Both the position numbers and the translations under genes were made by a program. DNA of 64,000 nt. Source: Basidiobolus meristosporus CBS 931.73 (lineage: Eukaryota > Fungi > Basidiobolomycota). Under the pieces are notes generated by a model that saw nothing but the letters and a program-made list of their open reading frames with translations, ran no database searches and had not been told where the DNA came from. The stretch spans positions 2,804 through 66,803 of the forward strand of contig MCFE01000493.1 in NCBI GenBank assembly GCA_002104905.1, read 5' to 3'. Positions within the stretch are counted from its first letter, which is position 1. Each line of letters begins with the position of its first letter. Positions 35,470 through 45,600 of this stretch are shown here, one piece after another.

Positions 35470-35919
35470 TTAGACTGAAGCTACCCGCAAAGCTAGCTGA
35501 TTCTCGATCGCAAAGACTCGAAGCAACTCCCTCTCCGGCAAGGTTCTCTTGGTGTTCGGTTTCCGGTGGTTAATTATATCGACAAGAACGCTACCCTCCA
35601 AGGCAAGCTCCGGAGTGATTCTGGACTTGATTTTATGGGGTCTGCTGACGGTCACCTTAGAAGGTTTTACTATTTGGCGGCTAGAGGGTGGGATAAATAT
35701 ACGCGGTGGTTCGTTGAGGGTGGGATACTCGTGATAGGAAAAAGTGGTCATTGGAATGACTACGTCAGGATCGACCGGAGTCCCTTTCTGGATCTCGGTT
35801 TTAAAGCCTCCGCCGAAAGCAAGCTCTTGAGCTACATAAGAAGCTGCGCATTGTGCCACCCGATCAGCTTTTACTTCAAGTTCGGTGGCTCGAAAGGTTG
35901 CGTAGAACGACGAGTTCAT
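35470..35919 (-). CDS. Hypothetical protein (149 aa)
   Basis: ATG-initiated ORF with protein-like composition and no recognised domain. Confidence 0.4.
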   Translation of the reverse strand: MNSSFYATFRATELEVKADRVAQCAASYVAQELAFGGGFKTEIQKGTPVDPDVVIPMTTFSYHEYPTLNEPPRIFIPPSSRQIVKPSKVTVSRPHKIKSRITPELALEGSVLVDIINHRKPNTKRTLPERELLRVFAIENQLALRVASV

Positions 35920-36397
35920 TGAGAAAGTTGGGAAATGGAAAAGTGGGAAAAGCGGGAAATTTAGCGATTAGTAATCGTTTGGGTATTTACAGTGAAGAAT
36001 CCATTCAAGAACAAGATCCATTGCTTGGCTTTTATTTGCCAAGGGAAACCGGAATAGGCGATGGAGGTTTCATGACGCTTCCCAATCAGACTATCCCCAA
36101 TACACCAATGTGCATTCCGGAGATTTTAGCGTATTACTAAACATACCACCCCAGTCATATGGCGGCTGATATATATGGCCATTCATATGATTATTCATCG
36201 ATTGGATTAGTGTACATTGGCTGACTGTTTGGCCAACTATTTGCACTTGCATCCACTGATAATGACCAAAAAAGTCCCTAAACGAAGTTGTTGATCAACA
36301 TGTTCATATCGTTACTGCTTCCGACCGTGATAAGCCCAAAAAGGCTATATCCGCAGATGCCGTTTATTTCAGTGAGCCTTGGTTATCGATCCATTGC

Positions 36398-37681
36398 CTA
36401 ATTAGCCAACGAGTAGACCATAAGGTTGGGGGAGTTCCCTCTCAATCCCCTAACTACATTACGGGTGGCGCGACTAGTCAACATATTGTAGACTGTTTGC
36501 GGCGAATTGGCCGAGCCCTGGCCCAAGTGTAGTGCGGCAATACCAGCTACGTGGGGGCTAGCCATGCTGGTACCGGATAGACTGCTGCGGGCACTTGGAC
36601 TCCCGATGTATGTAGAAAGGATGTTGGAACCAGGTGCTTGAATGTTCACGCATCGACCCCAGTTGCTGTAGTTGGCCAAGTTGTCATAGTAGTCGGTGGC
36701 ACCAACAGTGAAGGCGGAACGACTATTAGCCGGCGACACATTACATGCATCTTGAGCTTCATTACCAGCCGCAACAATCACTGGGATCCCTGCTTGAACA
36801 GCGGCATCCACGGCAGCATTGAGCGCGTTACTATTGCCGCCGCCAAGCGACATATTAATGACACTTCTGCGTCCAGTGGATCTAGCCTGACGAGCGACCC
36901 AATTGACACCAGCAATAATTCCAGATGTACTGCCGCGACCATCTCTCCCCAAGACCTTGACACCAATTAATCTGACCTTTTTGGCAACACCGTAAGTATT
37001 GCCGCCAACAATACCTGCTACATGGGTGCCGTGACCATTAAGATCTTCGGCAGGCTCGCCGTTGATGAAGCTTACCGGGAGACTAGCTCTGCCGCCAAAG
37101 TCACTGTGGCGTGTATTGATACCAGTATCAATTACATATACATCAACGCCTTGTCCAGCAGAGTCGGGAAAGTTGTAGGGAGCATTGGGGTTCCGCTGGC
37201 GCTGGGAAACTCTTGCCAGCCCCCAGTTAGGGGAGTTGGTTTGAACCGCGGCCATCGTAAATACCTGCTCCTGCTCTACATACTCAATGTCGGGGTTGCT
37301 ACGAAGCGATTTGACCAGATCCTGGCTAAAGGTGCCCGATATGGCTTTATAACGGCCCAAATTGTACTTCTGGAAGATTTTACTGAAGACGTGGGTATTA
37401 TTGCCGCCAGCGGTGCCTTGCGCGCCAAAGATGGAGTTTACCGCGTTATTGAAAGTCGCGACTTTCTCGTGGATCAAGCTGTCGACTGGTGGGGATTCTA
37501 CAGGTGAGTTTAATGACTTCGAACATGCAGCCACTGGAATATTACCTTTTTTAACATCGGCGCTGTTATGGAACTTCACAATGTATTTGTTCGGGATGAA
37601 TTGTTGCTTCCCTTCGGTCAATGGCACAGCCAAGAAGATAGCAACAACAACTCCAGAAGCAATAAATTGGAAAGAGACCAT
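36398..37681 (-). CDS. Secreted subtilisin (S8A, proteinase K-like) with I9 propeptide, intronless
   Basis: Signal peptide and the DTG, HGTH and GTSMASPH catalytic triad. Confidence 0.97.
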   Translation of the reverse strand: MVSFQFIASGVVVAIFLAVPLTEGKQQFIPNKYIVKFHNSADVKKGNIPVAACSKSLNSPVESPPVDSLIHEKVATFNNAVNSIFGAQGTAGGNNTHVFSKIFQKYNLGRYKAISGTFSQDLVKSLRSNPDIEYVEQEQVFTMAAVQTNSPNWGLARVSQRQRNPNAPYNFPDSAGQGVDVYVIDTGINTRHSDFGGRASLPVSFINGEPAEDLNGHGTHVAGIVGGNTYGVAKKVRLIGVKVLGRDGRGSTSGIIAGVNWVARQARSTGRRSVINMSLGGGNSNALNAAVDAAVQAGIPVIVAAGNEAQDACNVSPANSRSAFTVGATDYYDNLANYSNWGRCVNIQAPGSNILSTYIGSPSARSSLSGTSMASPHVAGIAALHLGQGSANSPQTVYNMLTSRATRNVVRGLRGNSPNLMVYSLAN

Positions 37682-38154
37682 GGTTAATCAGACTAGCTGA
37701 GGTAGAATATGGTGTTAGCAGAGGGATACCTGGTCATTTTTATAGCTGATTTCCAAGACGTTGTGTAGTGAGAAGTAATGAAAATGATCGTCACTCATTA
37801 TGCAGTCTTGAATTGCTAGTGCTACAAACAGAATTTAACTCACATATTTGGCGCGATCTATGGGAACTTCGGTCCTATCTGACTTGTGGAACCTTGCTTC
37901 GTTTAGACACTGGTAATCATTCTAGGTAGCGGAGGTTTGCTTTTGAGTAGCAACTATTTTATGCTTTTTTGTGCTTTTTTGTTTATTATTCAATACCGCT
38001 TCGATACACAAAGAACAGGTCGTTTTGAACGGGTCCATAGATTAATAGCCGATCCGAAAGCCGAAAATTGCTTTCCAAACGATTAATCGATTCTCGGAGG
38101 TTTGAAGTGTTGAAAAATTCTCTACAGCAGCGATTCTGCACTCTTCAGTTCAAC

Positions 38155-38394
38155 ATGCTCCCAAGTGTCCCAGCTCGTCGCTATACGCATCTTATCTCGA
38201 GGTAATTCCATATTGAAAGGAAGCATCCACCTTTATTGATACTAAGTGGGATTCTACGTAGCCGTGGCGATGCCATACTCGCTATAAGTGCCGGCTGTTT
38301 CTCATACTGGTTATATGAGCGAGACAACCCACGCGAACCTGGTAAAACCCTTTACGAGATGGCCGAGCGTAGAATTCGGAAGTGGAGGCAATAA
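38155..38394 (+). CDS. NCE101: NCE101-like microprotein (59 aa; exons 38155-38201, 38262-38394; missed by ORF track)
   Basis: Spliced product MLPSVPARRYTHLISSRGDAILAISAGCFSYWLYERDNPREPGKTLYEMAERRIRKWRQ resembles yeast Nce101 (GCLSYYVYER...RPQGHHLHEL). GT-AG intron with a TACTAA branch. Confidence 0.8.
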
Positions 38395-38691
38395 CTCGCG
38401 CTTCTTCACGCTATCCGCGCCCATTCATTAAACGCATTGTCTACGAAATTAGCAGTTAATACGCACCATAATAATATCTCCTTCAACTGCCGACTGCTTC
38501 TCATGATGATACGTACACATATGTCAATCAATTATAGATTGAAGTGAGGACATTTGGTAAACTTTGTCTAACGAAGGAATGGTTATTATAATTCCCCTAT
38601 ATTGCTTGCATTGCTTATATTGCTTACATCGCCTACAATGCCTACATCGATTCAATCTTACTGAGACTCGATCTTCTTGCTGAATGCTATC

Positions 38692-38723
38692 AGGGTTAGG
38701 GTTAGGGTTAGGGTTAGGTTAGG
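38692..38723 (+). repeat. Interstitial telomere-like (TTAGGG)n tract
   Basis: AGGG(TTAGGG)3 TTAGG TTAGG. Confidence 0.9.
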
Positions 38724-38879
38724 CCAATGAGAGCCCCCTTTTACGGGATAATATAGCAGTCATCACTGCCCAAGTGCTGGGCTGATGTTTAATTGTGGTA
38801 TCTAGTGTTGATAGTAAATATTCTCCTTTCCTGCTGCTATTTAATAAGTGTACTCTCCAGTGGTAGTTTGAAATATATC

Positions 38880-40331
38880 ATGAAACATCGCTTTATTGCT
38901 TGGATATATTTGGGGGCTTTCCCGGTTTCTTTAGCAAGTTATGAGATTGGGGTAAACGAACATTACTGCTCTGCCACGACTCCCACCGCTGAAACGTATA
39001 GTGTACCTGTAAGGGCTTTGTCAAAGTGTTTCTGTCATTGGGTCGACAGCCGTCTGAGATATTGTTTCTTATCTAGAAGGGCGTTGAATTAAGGCACGTT
39101 CAAGTCATCGTGCGACATGGTGATCGCACTCCAATCTCCATCTTACCACAGCAGTCGAAATATAACGTTCTATGGAACTGTACCAACGAGGCCCCGGAAT
39201 TTAGTTACCTCAAGCTTCAGAATTTCGAAACCAGCCAAACCTACGGTTTGATGCTTGACAATTCTAATGCCAATCCGTTTTCTAAAGAATATATCACGGG
39301 AACCTGCATGACTGGCCAATTAACCCCCAAGGGGATGCGTCAGCAACAGAATGTGGGTAAGAAATTACGAGAGATTTATGTAGATTTGTTGGGCTATCTT
39401 CCCAGGACCCTGAACAGAAGAAACCTACAAAAAGCGATTTTTGTGCGCCATACCGAAAAGACGTATGGCACCATTCATCTTATTTGGCTCACTTATCGTT
39501 GGTTAACTTGTACTTCAAACCAGTCGCACAAAGCAAACTGCCATCGCCCTAGTATCTGGGCTGTACCCAAAAGAAAAGTTGCAGGGAAGGCTTGGGATCC
39601 CTCTTTTCTACCTTCCGGAGCAAATCGAGACTATGATTTATCAATCGGGATTATGCTCCCGTCTTGCCAAGTTGCAGGAGGCAATGCTCAATGAAAAACG
39701 CTATAATGAATATTGGGGCAGTCAGCAAGAGGTGAAGAAAAAGATGGATGCGATTCTACAGACCACAACTACACCTGCGTATCAAGGCAGGAGTCTGGTG
39801 CGTTACATGGATGCGTTCCGTCCATTGACATGCAACAACTACCCACTACCATGTAGCCTTGATAACAGCAATCAGTGTATTAGTGATGAAATGGCCGTTC
39901 GATCCTTCGTTGGGAACGATTTTGAAGCTGCTTGGACTATGCGAGATTCACCGCTTTCGCATGAAGCCAATCGATTAGGAATCGGCCTCTTTCTGTCTGA
40001 ATTGCGACGAAGCATCCATAACTCTCTTGGAAAAGGCCTCAAATCTCCAGCCAAGATGGAGATATTTTCCGGACACGATACTACTGTTCAGCCGATACTT
40101 GGGGTTTTAAGGGCGGATGATTTTAGATGGCCGCCCTACGCTTCAAGTCTTATCTTTGAGCTTTGGCAAGATAAGCATACTGGTGCTGCCTTCTTGCGAG
40201 TTTTGTATAATGGTGACGTCCTTCGGAGCCCAGTGTGTGACTTTAACCTTTGTCCACTGGAAACCTTCCTAAGTCAAATTGATCACTATATACCACTGGA
40301 CATTCTCACTGAATGTAAACAATCATCGTAG
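38880..40331 (+). CDS. Secreted histidine acid phosphatase (branch 2), 3 exons
   Basis: Signal peptide, RHGDRTP and GHDTT motifs. Confidence 0.92.
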
Positions 40332-40779
40332 CATTAAATTTTGCCCATTTCAACTTTGGTGGTTAGCCTGTAGGCTGGGCGAAATGGAAGTGTCCACTGT
40401 AGAACCCAAACACTCAGTTCCATTTTCATCTTGGCAAGCTATGGGCTTGATGGGGTAGAAATGGGTGCCAGGTGATGATTTGGAGTTATCAGTGAGTTTC
40501 TTACTTATTAAACATATATATTTGTAATCTGGCCAGATTTGGACAAAAGAAATAATAAGCAGTGTGATTGTGGCTGGCTGATACACTCGATAGAATGAAA
40601 GTGATTGTACTTTTGGTCAAGTTTTGGAAGAGAATATCTTGAGGAAGCCTTGTTCAAAGTTCTTGGTATTTCCAGGAAGCTGGAATCACTGAAGTCCTGA
40701 GAAATACCGTTGCATTCCAAGAATTGGTAAATAGCACACCTACCAATACTTTGAATTAGTAATATGCAAAGTAAGAAGC

Positions 40780-41101
40780 ATATGTTATAAAAATACTTAT
40801 AGTACTTCATTAGGTAACACCTTATGAAAAGTACTTCTAACAATTACATCAAAAGACTACCTGAAGGCTGAGATCTTGTGACAAAGAAGCATTGATGCTC
40901 TCTGTATACCATCCAAGTGATGTCAGAATCCAGTGAATAATAGAAGTGGTTGGGAGTACAAGTAGATCATGTTACTCTTACCTAATGATTTATCAAATGT
41001 AAAGGCAGTTTTATAGTTTTAAATGGATTTAGCACATTAAGCACATATTTTATGCCTAGTAGAGTCTCAAGAAAATATGTGCAAAGCTTGTGGGCTTTTG
41101 G
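40780..41101 (-). mobile_element. Highly degenerate LTR relic
   Basis: Residual core AAGAAAATATGTGCAAAGCTTGTGGGCTTTTGGA at ~41067-41101. Left boundary is approximate. Confidence 0.4.
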
Positions 41102-42320
41102 AGTTGTAAAATTTGTAATTCCACCTAAATATTCACCTAGCTTAGTCAATTAGATCATTACCTTCAAATCCTAAAGAATACTGACCAAACTCCTTGTTGG
41201 GATTTACTTAGAATATTTACCCAGAACTATGAAAATTAGGATAAATTGTCCAAACAGCCCCAAACTTGCACACATGCTCTTGGGACCTTCCTTAACCTAT
41301 TCTACGTGTTTGCTAATGCCAAGACCAAGTAAAAGTATAATTATTACTTTTACATTCAATAAATCATTAAGTGAAAAACCACATAATCTACTTGTCTCCC
41401 AATCACTTCCAATATCTCCAAGACTCTTACAACAGGTTATGAGCCCCAAGCTATCACTCTCTGCAATGTCTACTACTGCTATTACTGGAATTTTCCCTCT
41501 GCTGAAAAGTTGGATGGATCTAACCACCAAGTGTGGAAGGAGAAAATGAAGATGCTGCTACAAGAAAGAGGCCTTTGGGATATTGTCATGGGAGAGGAAT
41601 GCCCTCCTAGAAATATGGGAGAGGAAGCCTTAAGGTACCAGAAGAAAGAACAATGAGAACTTTTCAATCCAGAGGACTCTACAACTGATGGTTCAGCCTG
41701 AAGCAGTGCCCAGGAATATCCCAGAAGTGATCATTCCAGTATTCAAATGCCAGAAGATCCAACCTGAACAAGAAATAGCCCAAATTACTGTATCAATGAG
41801 GGTACAAACTTAGCCTATGCCTATTCAGTCCATATTAATGAGCCCAGACTGTAAAAGAGGCCCAAAATAGCCCTCAGACAAAGTTTTGGAGATTTGCAAT
41901 GACTGAGGAATATCAGGCCCTGATGGAAAATCAAATTTGGGATGTAGTCAAATTACCAATCAACCAAAAATCAATTGGATGCAGATGGGTCTTCAAGACA
42001 AAATACAAGGCTGATGCCAAGCAAGACTTGTGGCCAAAGGATACTCTCAAACAAAAGGACCTGACTATACTGAGACCTTTGCACTGGCAGCCAAGTTTAA
42101 ATCCATCAAATTTATGTTGGCTATTGCAGCCAAATATATATTTTTTATTCATCAAATGGATGTAAAAACTGCATTTTTGAATGGAGAACTTGATGAAGAT
42201 GTGTATATGAACTAGCCTGATGGGTTTGCTGACCAAGATAATCCCCATGGGGTCTGCAAGCTTCAAAGTCTCTATATGGACTCAAACAATCACCAAGAGC
42301 CTGGAATTGCAAGATTTTAA
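41102..42320 (+). mobile_element. Internally deleted copia family A element
   Basis: LTR 41102-41434 and PBS GGTTATGAGCCCC. The gag start is joined at ~41650 to the integrase-RT linker, followed by a frameshifted RT fragment. Confidence 0.88.
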
Positions 42321-42690
42321 CGGAGTTACTTGTTGAGTGTGGAGTTGGGCTCAATGTTAGTGTAGGGTAAAGGGACTTGTATAGGTCAGTACAATTGGCA
42401 ATTGAGGTACAACTGAAGTTTCAACAGAAATAAATCAATTTGTACACATAAAAAGTAAGAAAAATGGTTGTGTCAGGAAGTAAGGAGTGTGAAAAAGAGG
42501 CAATAACCAATCAATGTACACAAATGTAGGAGGTGATCAACTGTCCAGGCTCAGAAAGTGAGCAAATTGGCAGGGAACCAATCAAAAGCCACTAACATAT
42601 TGTTGGGATGAAGAATATTGACCAAGTTTTCTGTGAAATCTGGGTGCAATTACTGTTCAATGGTCTCTGCACAGTGTCTGATGGAATCAG

Positions 42691-45600
42691 TGCTGTAAGA
42701 GTCTTGGAGATATTGGAAGTGATTGGGAGAACAAGTAGATTATGTGGTTTTCACTTAATGATTTATTGAATGTAAAAGTAGTATTTATACTTTTACCTGG
42801 TCTTGGCATTACAAAGCACGTAGAATAGGTTAAGGAAGGTCCCGAGAACATGTGTGCAAAGTTTGGGGCTGTTTGGACAACTTTGAGAATTTTCATGTTC
42901 TGGGTACCTGGCAATTTGGTGAAAATATTCTAAGTAAATCCCGACAAGGAATTTGGTCAGGTATTCTCTAGGATTTGAAGGTGATGATCAAAGTGACTAA
43001 GTTAGGTGAATATTTAGGTGGAAATACAAATTTTTACAACACTCCCACTCAGCTAAATGTTCATACTGACTAGTCCTAATTTTGACCTAAGATATTCAAA
43101 CTTGTCTCTAGCTAATGGTTTGTTAAATATGTCTGCAATTATTTCATCTGTAGGACAGTAAACTAAGCTAACTAAGTTATTCTCTATAGCTTCACGTATG
43201 AAATGATGTCTAATATCTATGTGCTTGGTTCTAGCATGAAAAGTTGGATTTCTACCTAATTGTATACATCCTTGATTATCTTGAAATAAAGTAATAGGCG
43301 TTTTTTGACATAGGCCTAAATCTGTAAGGAGCTTTCTTAACCACATTGCTTCTTTTGTAGCTTCACAGGCTGCCATATACTCTGCCTCTGTAGTAGAAAG
43401 TGCTACGGTTGGTTGCTTTCTTGAATTCCATGAAATTGCTCCTTTACAGTAAAGAAAGGTGTATCCTGTGGTGGATCTTCTGTCTGCCAAATTTTGTCCC
43501 CAATCAGCATCAGAGTATCCCACAAGATCCTGTTCTGAATTCTTATAAGTGTATCTTAAGCAGATATCAGCAGTTCCTTTTAGGTATCTAAAAATCCGCT
43601 TAACTGCTGCAATATGATCATATCCATAATTCTGATTATGTTGGCTGACAACTCCCACTGAATATGAGATATCTGGACGTGTTCCAAGCATGATATACAT
43701 CAGACTGCCGACCATAGATTGATAAGGAAAGTCAGGGCTTTCAGATGGCACCAAGCTCTCTTGATTTGGTTGAGTTTTGACCAAGTTAAGGTTTGTCTCC
43801 ATTGGGGTAGCTGCCGGTTTACAGTCTTCCATTTTGTACTTCTTTAGTATATCTTGAATATACTTGGATTGGCTTAGGGTAATAGTCTGGGTACTTCTGT
43901 CTATGGAGAACTTAATCCCTAAGTAGTAACTAAGTTCTCCTAGATTGGACATCTTGAACTCCTTGGATAGGCTGAATTTAGTCTCTTCCAATGTTTCTAG
44001 GTTATTGGTGGCTATAATAAGATCATCCACATATAGAGCTAATAGAACTGGATTTGCTCTATCTGGCTTATAGTATATACTATAGTCAGCATTACTTCTT
44101 TTGAAACTCAAAGATTCCAAATAAGAATCTATCTTGCAATTCCAGGCTCTTGGTGATTGTTTGAGACCATATAGTGACTTTTTAAGCTTGCAGACCAAAT
44201 GGGGGTTATCTTGGTCAACAAACCCATCAGGCTGGTCCATATACACATCCTCATCAAGCTCTCCATTCAAAAATGCAGTTTTTACATCCATTTGATGAAT
44301 AAAAAACTTATATTTGGCTGCAATAGCCAATATTAATCTGATGGAATTAAACTTGGCTACCGGTGCAAAGGTCTCAGTATAGTCAAGTCCTTTTGTTTGA
44401 GAGTATCCTTTGGCTACAAGTCTTGCTTTGTATCTTTCAATTGTACCATCAGCCTTGTATTTTGTCTTGAAGACCCATCTGCCTCCAATTGATTTTTGGT
44501 TGATTGGTAATTTGACTAAGTCCCAAGTTTGATTTTCCATCAGGGCCTGATATTCCTCAGTCATTGCAGATCTCCAACACTTTGTCTGAGGGCTATTTAG
44601 GGCCTCTTTTACAGTCTGGGGTTCATCAATATGGACTGAATAGGCATAGGCTAAGTTTGTACCCTCATTGATATAGTAATTTGGGCTATTTCTTGTCTGA
44701 TTGGATCTCCGGGCATTTGATACTGGAATGATCACTTCTGGGATATTCCTGGGCACTGATTCTGGCTGAACCATGGTTGTAGAGTCCTCTGGAGTGAAAA
44801 AATTCTCATTGTTTTGCTCTGATTCAATCCTGACAATTGGTGGACTTGAGATCAAATTTTTGTCATCATCTGATGTCATTTTTTGTGAAAATTTTGAGTT
44901 TTCATCAAACAACACATCCCTGGACTTGATAAGCTTCTTTGCTTTGGTATTGTAGAGTCTGTATGCCTTACTCTCATTGCAGTAGCCCAAAAATATGCAT
45001 TTTACACTTTTTGGCTCAAATTTTGACTGATTTCCGGCCAGTTTTTTGGCATATGCTATACACCCAAATATTCTTAGATGTTCTGCACTTGGTCTGTATC
45101 CATACCATGCTTCAAATGGAGTAGAATCACAAAGTAATCTGTTATAACTGCTATTTTTAAGATATACAGCAGTGGCAACTGATTCCGCCCAAAAATCATA
45201 GGATAATTTTTGATCATGGATCATAGATCTTGCCATATCAATTATTGATCTGTTAGCTTGTTCTGCTACTCCATTTTGCTGTGGGGAGTATGGTGCAGTA
45301 GTCTCTTGCTTTATCCCATGAATTTTGCAGAAGTGGATGAAGAGTTTTGAGGTATATTCTCCACCATTGTCAGAGCGTATTTTCTTGATTTTTTCACCAG
45401 TTTCTCTCTCCACCATGGTTTTAAACTCCCTGAACTTAGACAGAGCTTCTTCCTTTCTCTCCATGAAGTAGACCCATGTGTATCTTGTATAATCATCAAT
45501 AAAAGTGATTAAATACTTCATCCCGCCTAAGGATAAATTTTGCATAGGTCCACACAGATCTGAGTGAAATAGATCTAATTTTTTCTTAGTTTTGATTAAC

